DNA of 63,942 bases, the filler included, from Lenisia limosa (Eukaryota > Protista > Breviatea): assembly GCA_001655205.1 (NCBI GenBank). It is 7 parts of 7 records of this genome, joined end to end, with 100 filler letters (N's around TTAATTAATTAA, not from the genome) between each part and the next. Parts side by side here need not be neighbours in the genome. Positions count along the whole stretch, not along the records: positions 1 to 18,064 come from LPNZ01003891.1; positions 18,165 to 25,551 come from LPNZ01005811.1; 5 more parts are not named here. The stretch is one strand, 5' to 3'. Within the stretch, counting starts at the first letter, position 1; each line of letters opens with the position of its first letter. The notes beneath the pieces are model-generated. The model did no database searches, was not told where the DNA came from, and worked only from the letters and a program-made list of their open reading frames with translations. Shown piece by piece: positions 12,801 to 24,590 of the stretch. The translations under genes and the position numbers were made by a program.

Positions 12801-15800
12801 GTATAACAGCATATAATATTGGTAGTCGTCATTAGTCGTATTTTATGACCCAATCACGTCAGGTAGAATATTGATATTTGTCAAGGATATCAAAGCAACA
12901 TTCAGTCATTTTTGGACTAATATGGACGCTGAGATTAATGCCTTGTTCAAAAGTACTTGGATCTATTGTCAAACGCCACACTGGACTAACCTGCATCGAG
13001 AGTAAGAGACCCGTCATTTTGCAGCGTGCAGTCAAAGTACTCCAGAATAAAGCCAGAAAATGGGATGTACATCAGAACAGCGGAAAAGAGCAATGTTGAA
13101 ACTAGGGCGTGTCTAAATGGTAAAATTGAGAGTTTTGACAACAGTCCCAAAATACACTTAATTACGAGGCACTATACATATTTTCCTAAAATCTGATCAA
13201 ATGACCTTATCTGTATTGTCAATTAGACAAACTTGTGACGGTGATTCAAAAATGATTGTGCTATTACAATATTGGGTTTCGCACTTTAGATCACGCTTAA
13301 ATTGAGCTGCTTTTCTGGTGAGGATTTCAAGGTTGTTGCAGCGACTAATTCCATCTCCAAGGTGTTCCTGAAACAAATAAATATTTTTCTACTTTCTCTC
13401 TTACCTTTTTGGCCTTGTTTTTGGACATATTTGGTACTTGTGTTAATGCATCTTGATGCGGACTGTAACTGTTTGGAGTTCTTTTGGGTGAGAATCCACA
13501 TTGTGTAAAGTAAATAAGAATGACAATTTAATACCAAATGAGGCAATTCTATGAGAGAACAATCATCGGAATATAGCGACATCTCATTCTCCGATTAATA
13601 CGATCAACCACCAAAACTGAACTCCATCATACTTTTGTGTGAGAGGAGTAGATATTGTGCATTGTTCATCTTCTGAAGACGGTACTATTAAATGCTCCTC
13701 AAACTCTTCAACTACATAATAAATTACAAATCGTGAACTTGATATTAATTGATTTCAAGCTGAGTATATCAGCTCATTGAAACGGTGTCACTTCGAATGT
13801 GAATTGAGAATGAAGCAAGAAGCACAAATCATCAAACCTTTTGCAAAACCGCAGATTTCTGGTATTGAACACGGGTGCCTATATTGGTCAACATGAGAGT
13901 TTGGAATTTTATACTGCTGTAGTATCACATCGAAATGGAATATGTAAAAGGGTACTAGAAGAATTGGTTACCAAACTGTTTTAAAACAGTCTTTGCGGAC
14001 TTTTAGCAAGTTAATTGTGTATCATCACCGAAATGTGTCAAAAGAAAACAATGATAGTTAAATATTGATTGTATATTGTGACCTTTAAAAAACTAACCTT
14101 TTCTTTTTGAAAGAGTATTTGATGGAATTAACAGCATAAGCAGCTGAGTAGGAAACAAGCACCACACCGATTAGCAGAAAGGGAAGCATTAGCTTGTATT
14201 TGAACATTGTGTAAAACCTTCGTCGTGAGATTATAAGTACCATAAAATGAGTTTTATGAAGTGAAAAGAAGAAAAATGCAATAAATACTATGAATATTCT
14301 AAAACTCACCCCAGCTGTGTTTGAGCCGAACACTCAGGAGCAGCAATGTCAGCTAAATGATTAGCGAATATTGATGCTGTCTAGATAGGTGGCAAAAATA
14401 GTTCGATCTTTATGACTGCATGGAGATTACAATAGAAACCAATGCCTACGGTTTAAAATTGCAAGAGACATGAGGTTGAAAATTTGTGTGACTTGTTCTG
14501 GCCAATTCAAGTCAACCTCAGTGAATAAGGCTGTTATCTACATATTGTCATAATACGGTATGTAGAAATGAGAAATGTAACACAAAGATAGCGGACTATT
14601 CCAACTGTCACAATTTTATTGGAAATTGATTGCACAATACTACAATACCAACAAAGCAAATGGAAGATTCCAAAAGCATAGTATTGTTTAAGAAAAACTG
14701 ATATGAAGAGAATCCACTGTAATTATTGAGGGAACTGGTAAAATTTTTGGAGAAAAACAGAAGCTGTTACATTAAACACAACGAAAATTTCCAAGTACTA
14801 GTGTGGGTAATCAATCCAAAGTTCTCAAAGTCAAGGATTCAAGGTTTTACCTTGTGGGACCGAAATTGAGAATACTTTTAATGACAAAATAATATCAAGG
14901 GCCGTATGGTTTGCAAATCCAAATAAGGCGGACCTGGATGTAGAGAATACCAATTCTGAGCGCGTCCCAGCGATTCTGCAGTGCAGGTCGGAAGAGAAAC
15001 ACAAACAAAAACGACACTGCCACAACAAGAAGAAGGCCAATAGCTGCCAAAGCAATCTAAAGAGTTTTAAAATGGTAAAAGGATACTTCATTCTTGGGTG
15101 CTATTAGAATAAGGTGGTAGGGTTTTATATTTAGTACTATGTGTATTCAATTATTTGAAGAAATTTATTGACAAAGTTCAATCTCAGTGTCTAAAATGGC
15201 CCTTTAGAAAATATCTCTGATCATTTTAAGGTATCTCAGTTTGTAACTGCAATAATTTAGTTTCACATGGCATTGGCTTGATTTGAATTTACAAAATTGT
15301 ATTTCATTAATAAAGAGATAATATCATGGTTTCAATGTCACTAAGCAAGAACGGTATGACTTATAGATATGTGTCAATATTTCATAACTACTTATTATTG
15401 TGATTTTTTTTTTGGTATTCAAAGCTAAATAACATTGTTCAAAAGCTGACCAATTTTACAAAAAAAGAATCACACTCACTTTTGACATGGCAGTACACGG
15501 TACACATTCGTGGCCAAATTGGTAGTACCCCTCACTGCATGACGAGCACACAAAGTCTTCATATCTGTTGGAGTACATGAGTATCTACAGAAGATTTTCA
15601 GAAACATTGAAGAAGTATTAGTATGGTTTGAAAAAGTAATTTAAATAACACTTTTAAAATGTGATAATGTTTTATTTCAGACTTCTTGTTAAGGAATTGT
15701 TCACAACAAAAATAAAAATGAAAAAATTTTACCAGTCTAAAAATGGCTCTTTCTTACCCTTCTTTGCATTCTGAGTTTCCAATGCAGGAGTCAGGGTTGG

Positions 15801-17920
15801 GACATGCAATGAATATGGCAAACTCACTAGATGACCTAAAAATTCGTCAAAACAAATGGAGTTACAAGTACTATGTGTAATCAAATTTACATGAAATTAT
15901 ACTAGTCTCAAATTGGTCAATATATTTTCCACAAAACAAGCACTTCTTGTAGAAAGTATAATTAAATTTTGTGTTCTAGTATCATATGATATTATTTGTT
16001 TGTATAGTATAGAGTTTTTTTATTTTCTTAATATCAGAAACCCCTAACTTATAGTAACCATTGGCAGCTACAGGGGGAAATCTGGCTCCCTCACACACAC
16101 CTCCCATAGGACAAGGCAAGCACTGAAAACTGGTGACTATTGTTTTGAATGAACTCGAATAGATATGATTCTTTCTTTGTGAAAGCTAAAAAGATATATT
16201 ATGAAGATTGTTATAATGCAGTTTCAGACTATTAACAATTCTTTCCGAAAATCGGAATTTGATAGAGATTGCAAAGATATTGTATCAAATCTGTGTGCAC
16301 AGAGTGATAAAGCAAATGATTGGTGAATTAATAATATTCTATAATCCAATATATCTTGTATTCGTGATTGTACGGCTTCGGTCAGATGCTACCTAATTGT
16401 TTATTTCTCATTGGTATATACCAAATTTATCGACATGTACCGTTATCATAGATTCTTCAAAAGTCTTCTGTCTTACCACTGTGGCATTGAGAATTCCGTT
16501 TTCGGTCATAGGGAGGTAAAAGTCGGGTAAACATTCGCAATTATCAAAAGACGTTGAGAGCTGTGTAACCGTACTCATGTGATCCTTAAGTGTCAATTGG
16601 GAATATACGGATGTAGGTTACTGGTGTCCGGAGAAGATGGAATTAAGTCATTATACGCACCGAGCATGGTGAGCAGGGAGCGAGGTCGTAATCAGTGGAG
16701 TATTTTCCAGGGTTGCAGTAGTTACATTGACCCATATCACTGTTGCTTACAAACTCCTTGCCTGTTCAGGAAGTAGTGTCAATGGATACGACAAGGCAAC
16801 AGGTATATTGTTGTATCTCCTGGTTTCCAATTGGAATGCATTCAATATTGAAATGTCCTTGATAAAAGTTCAATTTGCCACATCACAGTGTTATTTATGA
16901 CCCAAAAGATAGTTAACCTTTTACCAACCAGGTGGGCAGTAGCAGGACAAGTCATCATGATTATTGGGATTTTTGCTGAAACCAAACTAGAAAAACTCAG
17001 AAGTATTTATAAACAATTATGAGAAATTGTGATTGGAATAAAATTATCTTCGGTTAATCTTATTCATCTGAGCATCTTATGAACTTAACTAATACGATGA
17101 ACCAAAACCCCAGTACCGAACATGTGCAATTCATTTCAGAAATGCTGCCTTCAGCCAATGTAGTCACTCTAAATCCTGGGCACTTTTGGCAGGTGGACTA
17201 AAGAAGGAAAGCAAATGGAAGATTAATCTCAAAAAATAGTTACACTATTTAGAATACAGTTGGAATGTTGAGAATAAAATTATGATATAATATTATTGTT
17301 TCTCAGCTGCCAACCTTATTTGGCAATGATTTGAAAGTTCCAAAAGGACAGCTTTGACAAACTCCTGCAATGAGGTCCATTTCGTACCCGGCTACACAGC
17401 TGCAGGTCTAAAATTGTAAACACTACTTCTGTTGACACGAAACACAATCAAGCTCTTCTTAATTCTTGATATACAATTATTATCGTATTGTACGGACAAT
17501 AGGCTAGACAAACAGAGTCAAGTTCTTGAAAGGGGTTGACCGCGTTGGCAATGCAAGGATGACATAGTCCGTTTGACAACTCATAATCTGGTTTGTTAGA
17601 GTTACATCAAAAGAAACTATCTTCTACTTGATATCTATACCAGTTGTAACCATTGTATTGAGCACAAAGTAATACAAGTTGTATTTTCAATTATCCTTAA
17701 TTTCACTCACCATGGGGACAGACACATGGAGCAAGAGAACTTGCCGTGCCATTGGGATTGGGAACGAAGGATTCTGTGCACACACATTCTTCAGAAGTCG
17801 TAACACCATCTCCAAGTGTAGTCATGTATATTGGGCATAATTCGCAGTCTTCCAGGCCAACTTTACCTGTAGAATTATATGAAATGGCGCATCCAAAAGT
17901 TTCTGGTAGTATTCTAGAGT
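9900..17920 (-). CDS. Large Cys-rich (GCC2/GCC3, ephrin-receptor-like repeats) multi-pass membrane protein; 5' truncated, 3' end approximate
   Basis: Exons read CELCPIYMTTLGDGVTTSEECVC, CQSCPFGTFKS, CQKCPGFRVTTLAEGS, CLPCPMGGVCEG and CSSCSEGYYQFGHECVPC. These are followed by TM segments with VDLNWPEQV, APEC, YGFLYTRFKENLYMWELIVMLR and QQPYKEGILNRLE, typical of a protist TRP-like multi-TM C-terminal module. Confidence 0.75.
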
Positions 17921-18016
17921 TGAACAGTATTTTGATGAATATATATATGTATATATATGTATATATAGTATATATAGCTATATAAATAGAAAGAAGTTGT
18001 AACATGTATATATAGT

Positions 18017-18064
18017 CAAAATGCGGATCACTGGACAAAATGCGGATCAGTGGACAAAATGCGG
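18017..18064. repeat. About 19-bp tandem repeat at scaffold end
   Basis: caaaatgcggatca(c/g)tgga x2.5, following a TA-rich tract and truncated by Ns. Confidence 0.8.
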
Positions 18065-18108
18065 NNNNNNNNNNNNNNNNNNNNNNNNNNNNNNNNNNNN
18101 NNNNNNNN

Positions 18109-18120
18109 TTAATTAATTAA
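18109..18120. other. Artificial scaffold linker (also at 25596-25607, 50396-50407, 54030-54041, 60249-60260, 61886-61897)
   Basis: Identical TTAATTAATTAA (stops in all six frames), flanked by N runs of about 44 nt at each occurrence. Confidence 0.97.
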
Positions 18121-20594
18121 NNNNNNNNNNNNNNNNNNNNNNNNNNNNNNNNNNNNNNNNNNNNCCGCCTTCCGATATCATATTTTATACCATTTTCAAA
18201 TCGATTTAGTAATCCAACGATTCAGCATTGCCATGTATACCACCTGCGAAGATGGCAATTAAAAATAGAATTTTAACGGTTTGTTATTCATTTTCTTGGT
18301 AAAATATCCCTGTTTTAGGTGACAGATTTTATCTTCTGTAAATATTCTTATGTTATTTGGAGTGTAATGTAGTGTATTGACGTTATTGATCTGGTGGTTA
18401 ACCAATTTTATAATGTTGCAATACTTTTGACTGACTATTGTTTCAATTAATTGCCTAACTATCTCAAATATTTGGGCAATTATTGCCAGTTAATTGAAGA
18501 ATATAATTAACTGCGTAAAAAACGAAATAACGTCTGTATTTTTTCAAAAGAAATAAACTTCCGTATTTTTGGTTGGGCACAAGTATATTCTTCAGTATTT
18601 TATTGAGACAAATCAATCGAAATGAATACTGTTAACCTTGTCTATTTTTGACAATTTCCAACAGCCACTCAATAATTAGCTTTATTTCAAAATAATGTTG
18701 TAGAAAAAAATGATTTTCTATCAAAGATGACAACCTATTACGCAATTATTTTCAATTATTTGACGATTAATTGCTTCAAAACAATTGCCAATAATGGCAA
18801 TTATTTGCAAGGTGCCCTAATTTTTATCCTCCTATCGTAAGGAATCAGAAATTCCTTTCGGATCTGAGTCATGGCAGCAAATCCGCTTCGGCCAAGTTAC
18901 ATATTCTTGTTAGTACAGTTTTACATAGCTGTTTTTAAAAGCTCAACTTACGCCTGAGTTTTGTCAATCCTTCTTGGGCCTCGGTCCATTCCCTGATGGG
19001 TCACGTTTTCAATTATGGACTTTAATAATAATGATGATGATGCATTGGGGAACGTTGCGTCAAATGTTGGTGACGCAGCCAGTCTGGGTGAATCCAAATA
19101 ATAAACACCGAAGAAACATGCCACATAGGGGAAAAACAATGTTGCCACTATTCTATGAAGTTGAATATACTGCACCTCTAAAGCTGAAGCAAAAAAGATG
19201 CCTTGTCGTACTCACTTGTCCGAAACCTTGTGTGAAGTCAATCTGGGAAAGTGAGTTCACAGCTTCATGATAGTAGTATTGATCAATTTCCTCTTCGCCT
19301 CCACTTCTCTTTATATCTTGGGAAGAATTTATGCTACTGTCTGTTCGAATTAACACTCTGTATACTGCATCTTTCTTTTTCCTTTGTTTTTGTTCAAATA
19401 CAAACTCTAACTTCTGCCGTAATAGCCCAGAACTACAAACTCTAACCTCTGCAGTGATTGCGCAGACTTACAACCTCCAAACGGAACTGTGCCGACTCTT
19501 CATGGTAGGCAAATGGGGGAATTATATTAGATGGGGCTTAAGGTATGCTGGGGAGACACGCAGACAGCTGTGTGCACAGAGTTGTAAGGTGAATGATGAG
19601 GTGAATTAATATTATACTAAAATCCAATATTTTTTAAAAAAAAAAGCGTGATTGTTTCACAACCTCATTTCTCATTGCTACAATTAAATACGTATGCCCC
19701 ATAGTGTGTTGAAACAGAGTTGATTTGGGATTTTTTTTTTTTTTTGTTTNNNNNNNNNNCCATTTAAAGCAGGTCCATAACCGAGCCCCCAAATCCATGA
19801 ATTTTGGTCAAAAGTAGTCTAAAGATGTACCTGAAATCCAGGGAAAAACTTACACTCCGAGGTTTCCTTCTGGTTGAGCGGCCTGCTTTAATATCTCCCC
19901 ATGTAACCCTCGCAGGTTATCAACTCGTGGGTTGTAACATATTTGATTTTGGGCTTCTTTTTATTTATTTCATAAATTTTCCAATTTTACCCTCCCCCCG
20001 AGTGATGGGATGCGATGCTGCAGAAGCGGCTGGCCTGGACTTTGTTAGTCAACGAATAAAAACATAACCTTTATTCAAGAAGATGACGGCTGAGAGTATA
20101 TGCCAGAAAAAATGAAAAAGGCCAGGGACTTGCTAATTGATGAATACAGAAATAGCATAATTATACATAATGACAATATAATATCATACGACTATTATAT
20201 AATTTTATGATTCTGATTTTGAGCAATTTCAAAAAAAGAAATCCACCCCATCATACACGGGTGCGAGTTTGAGAGACATTACCCTCGAAGACATGTTGGG
20301 CTCCGATCTCAACCTTCAGCGAGCCCGCATCGCCGACACGGATTGGGAATGCCGAGGCCAGGCAACTTGCTGCACAGGGTGCCAATGACCTGGTTGCGTG
20401 TGCACCTTAAGAATTATATGTAGTATTGTAGCTTTCACGCAGAAAGCTGTGTGCACAGAGTTGTAAGCCAAATGATTGGGNNNNNNNNNNTATTCTACGA
20501 TAAAATTTCTTCTAGGTGGACGGCTTCGGCCAAATAAAACCTTGTTATTTTTGTTCTCATTGCTTTACATATCTTCATAGAAATTGAAATGCTA

Positions 20595-20900
20595 TTATCT
20601 TATAATATGTATATGCCAAAATCTACCCCAAAATAGTATTTTGCCTTCTATTTTTAAAGCCTCGTTAATTTTTTCAGATAGTTGGTCGAAAGACGTATAG
20701 GACCCAGGTAGAATGCTTCTCGTATAGGTTTGGCCACTGTAAGTCACAGTTAGTGTATTGACGGCATCGTTCATGTTATAAATGTAGTTAGGAAAGGATA
20801 AGTTTTTTATAGTCATTTTGGAGTTTGAAGAGAGTTTTAGTGGGAGTTATAATGGATTTCAGTTTCGGGACCAACGAAGTATATTTTAAAACGCGTGTCA
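20595..20900 (-). pseudogene. Polinton/Polinton-like-virus minor capsid (penton)-like gene, frameshifted N-terminus
   Basis: PLKLSSNSKMTIKNLSFPNYIYNMNDAVNTLTVTYSGQTYTRSILPGSYTSFDQLSEKINEAL resembles the recalled penton pattern PN..YNI...NN.....i.pG.Y....l...in.al. The upstream part (KIYFVGPETEIHYN) is in another frame. No introns. Confidence 0.45.
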
Positions 20901-20928
20901 TTTTTAAAGATAAAATAATTTTTTTTAT

Positions 20929-21177
20929 TTACTCAATTTCACTTATGATTTTTTGACGTGAAATTCCAAGAGCAGCACCGACAGCGATAAGGATGCCGTT
21001 AAGAAAAAACCTTGTTAAGGCACCACCTACTGTTATAGCCGCCATAATGCCGTATTTCTTCTTTCGAGAGGTTAGTTTTAGGCTTCCGTCAGTTCGCTGA
21101 AGGTTTTCTTGACAGTGTTCGTTGATAATAACTTTGACAACCTTTCCATGTCGTTTATAGGCTTGTTTTATTCGCAT
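20929..21177 (-). CDS. Small intronless ORF with C-terminal hydrophobic helix, hypothetical
   Basis: GIMAAITVGGALTRFFLNGILIAVGAALGI; tightly packed between neighbouring ORFs on the same strand. Confidence 0.35.
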   Translation of the reverse strand: MRIKQAYKRHGKVVKVIINEHCQENLQRTDGSLKLTSRKKKYGIMAAITVGGALTRFFLNGILIAVGAALGISRQKIISEIE

Positions 21178-21383
21178 TTGCCCGAGGTCACTCTTAATGT
21201 AGTCATTAGTTGGGATGTGTCAATGGTCGTCCAGTTCTTGTTCATTTTAATAGTTTTATTATGTTGTCGGACTTCTAAATTGTACTTCTGCGACTCTTGA
21301 TTGTATTTATTAGGGTGGTCTAGCCAGTCACTTGTTAGGGTTTTAAACTCGCTAAAAACGGTAGTTTCAATAGGTTCAACCAC
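21168..21383 (-). CDS. Intronless hypothetical ORF (possibly extends to about 21540 through one stop)
   Basis: ORF track; hydrophilic composition; overlaps the downstream ORF by 10 nt, as in viral gene packing. Confidence 0.3.
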   Translation of the reverse strand: MVEPIETTVFSEFKTLTSDWLDHPNKYNQESQKYNLEVRQHNKTIKMNKNWTTIDTSQLMTTLRVTSGKCE

Positions 21384-21646
21384 TGGTTGTTCAAGGCATT
21401 TTTCCTTTATTTGTTATTTTGAATTTTGTTTAACATATGGATTATTTCTTTCGCTATTTGGTACGGAACAGCCACATGGTAAAATGATGTTAAAGTCTTT
21501 AATTTGGGGTGGGGCAGAAGGATCAGGATTTGGGTACCGTTTCTGTTCGCTCTTTTTTTTTGGGAAAAAAAAAAAAATTTGTGTTTTTTATTTATTTAAT
21601 TGTTTGTTTAACTTTCTAGAGGTAAGTCTTCTGCGTCACGTTTCTT

Positions 21647-21985
21647 TTATCTGAGTTCTTGTTTTGCAATTTGTTTTAAAACTCCTTTGTCTAGTTTAGG
21701 ATTGATTTCAACAGGTGCTTTGGCGTTAATAATTTCAAATGAACTACTTCCAGCTGATGAAAATTTAAGAGATGCGTCTTTATAAACAACCGTGTAGTGA
21801 TAAACTTCAGCTCCTGCAGCTACCTCAAGTTCAACTTGGTCATTTAAGCTGTTGTTAGAATTTGTTAGACACCGGTGAGTTCCAACGTCTGGAGTGGTTA
21901 ATACGGGGTCAATCCAAACAACATAATATACTATGTTACATAAATTAATACTAATAACACTATAAACAATACAACAAAACACCAA
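21647..21985 (-). CDS. Hypothetical beta-rich ORF
   Basis: DQVELEVAAGAEVYHYTVVYKDASLKFSSAGSSSFEII; same strand as the capsid-like cluster; no family recognised. Confidence 0.3.
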   Translation of the reverse strand: MVFCCIVYSVISINLCNIVYYVVWIDPVLTTPDVGTHRCLTNSNNSLNDQVELEVAAGAEVYHYTVVYKDASLKFSSAGSSSFEIINAKAPVEINPKLDKGVLKQIAKQELR

Positions 21986-23414
21986 TCATATCCAACCATC
22001 AATCAAAAAGAGACTTCCGAACATCTATAATGGTCAGAGGTTACAGCTGAAAAACTGGCACATGCATTGATATGAACTTGGCGCATATGTTTCCATAATA
22101 GACAAAAACGAGCATACCCCCGGTGCACTCAATATTCAATCAACTTCCTTAATCAACCTATCTCTCCCGAACTCAACGGAGCCGTTTCCCAGGATTGTGC
22201 TTTCCTTTGAAGACAATTATGAGATAGAGTTTCATAATTATTAAACATTTTCAAAAATCAAAGTTACTCCACCACCAACCTTTTGCTGGATAACCCCGGA
22301 GTCACGAATGTGACGCCTGGCGTCACGGGCCATCTGGTCCGTGTTCATTCTCTGAATTGCAACTTGTAGGGTCGGGTTGGAGCCAACACCACCTACAGAT
22401 AGTAAGTGATAGTTAACAATTAGGCATGATATGATGTTGGATGGGTCTTTCATCAGAGCAAGGTGGATTTGCGTTGATGCCATCACCTGCAGAAGTCCTC
22501 TAAACGATTCGGCAATGCGCTCAGGTGAATCGTGCCTTCGTTTGTGAGTACGGCCGGTTTGAAATCTTGAGTGGCCATGAATCTTGCGGCCCAGTCGCAA
22601 CCACCAATTCTTTGAAAGGCGAAGCTACTATTTTTAGTTGTACTAATACTATCATTGAAAAGCTCGCTCTGACCACCTTTCACTTTCTTATGTTGCTTTA
22701 TTCGAGTAAACGTGCAGTTTGAATAAATATGTAGGGGATTTAAACTAGTGTCAGTCCTCACAACTTATTTTCTCCCCACAAAACACTTCTAGTCCCAGTT
22801 TTTGCGATTAAAAGGAGATAAGCTGCGTGTCTGTGTATCGTAAGCCTATAAATATTGAAGTTCAAGCTCGTTTGAGACGCCAAGAACTTGTCAGGAACAG
22901 AGCAGCAGAACTTGCTTTGAATTTGAATAAATGCTGAGTTTGGATTCTAGAGAATTTAGATCTCTTTTGATGCGATGTCTCTTAGGATTCATCTAATTTA
23001 ATTAAACAGATGATAAAATTAGTCCCTGCAGGTAATTCTCCCAATCGCGTGTACTTCTCCATTTTTTTTTTGAAATTTGGTTTGGTGAAGATAAATTTTC
23101 CTGACCTTGCACTTAGTCGTAATAGTAGTTATTAGAGTAAATTTGAGAGATTCGATGACACCTGTAACTGTTATTCCGTGAGCTTCGAACTGTGCTTACC
23201 TCTTCCTTGGGCACGGAGGTCGTATGTCACCGAGTAGGCCTCAGCTAACCTTAAGACAAATTGCATCGACTTTCTTAAGAGTTAACTAGCTGAAGATCCT
23301 GACTTCGGGTCTTCTCTCCCGGCAACTCGGTGTGACCGCAAAGACAATCAAGTCATGGTTGTCTAGCCTCAGGTTGGCCACCTTCTGCTGTGCCCCTTAC
23401 TAATCTGTCACCAT

Positions 23415-24590
23415 TTATGTTCTCGCCTTTTCAGTCAATCTTTCACTGCTCCTTTTCTGACTTTGTATATATGGTTTTAACTTTTGCAGAAATGGAGTTC
23501 CTATTCGTGATGTTGGCCGCCCAGATATCTCGGACACATTGAGCTTGAAATTTGAACACGTTTTGGAGGCCTTTTTGACTGTTACTGGTCCTGGGGAAAA
23601 GGANNNNNNNNNNNNNNNNNNNNNNNNNNNNNNNNNNNNNNNNNNNNNNNNNNNNNNNNNNNNNNNNCTTACATAAGTTTCACCCATCTTTCAGTCGATG
23701 AAGAAGACGCCAGCAACGGTATATGGACCAAGGTATTTGGATAGTTCCGGGGTGTGCCATGCAACCGCGTGTCAGAGCAATTGAAGGACATAGGTATCGT
23801 TGGGAGTAGGCGATATCTTCCTCAGAGGGGAGCACTTGGCTTCAACAATCCACAATTGCTCATTATCCAAGATGAGTCCATGAAGTGCTGGTTGTCCTAA
23901 GACGCCACTGGTGCTGTCACAATCCCACATCGGAGAGCGTTCGGCTCATTATCTGTTCCGTATTTCAGGATGTTATCTTTGTCAAATTTTGATTTGGGGC
24001 GTAGAACAGCAGGTTGGTCAGGTGGAGGTTTTTTGGAGTCCTTAGTATCCTTGGTTTTTTGAAGAACCTTGTCGAGGTTGGTCTTTCAACGCTTGATATC
24101 GGCAATTTCACGAGGAGACGCATTGTACGGGTGGTAAATCCCATTTGGAACTGACCTGGCCTTTGCCATGGCAGTGTAAATTATCTTTTGTTCTTCAACA
24201 AAAGTAAAGGCAGAAATTCGCAAAATATCAGGGAAAAACTTGCTGTTATCCCCGACCAAGTAACCACATTCTTTCTCCTTGAATTGAACATATTATCTCT
24301 GTCGTGGCACTCATACTCATGTTTTGGAACATTTCTTGTCCGAGGCGATAGCATAATTTCGGTGGCTGTACTGGATCAAGGTTTCGAAAGGGCGTCGGTT
24401 CAGGAGTCAGGCATCGTAATGGAAGAGGTGGCTTCGGAACCGGCAGGGAGGAAACGATGTTGGTGATAATACGAGGATCGCCCAAACCAGGGGGTAGGTC
24501 ATCTTCATCTTCATCTTTATTTTCATTAGAATCTGGCTTGTCATCACAACTCGGTTCTTCTTGACAAAGAGTGGGTACGCTTGACAGGGG
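23415..24590 (-). pseudogene. YqaJ-like (lambda/alkaline exonuclease, PD-(D/E)xK) pseudogene
   Basis: Motifs in order: QGERMWLLGR / GITAS, ILKYGTDNEPNA, CGIV, LGQPALHGLILDNEQLWIVEAKC, YVLQLL*HA, GVFFID*K. Two frameshifts and three in-frame TGA codons. Confidence 0.7.

Noticed and set aside
18109-18120. Repeated palindromic TTAATTAATTAA between N runs
   Set aside because: It is identical at six places with uniform N flanks, so it is an artificial concatenation linker. Gene adjacency across these linkers has no biological meaning.
19400-19482. CRISPR-like array (35-bp repeat)
   Set aside because: There are only two and a half copies, no spacers and no cas genes, and the context is eukaryotic.
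22241-22761. Overlapping ORFs on both strands as a KDZ-type transposase or enzyme
   Set aside because: No complete catalytic motif was found and the coding strand could not be decided.
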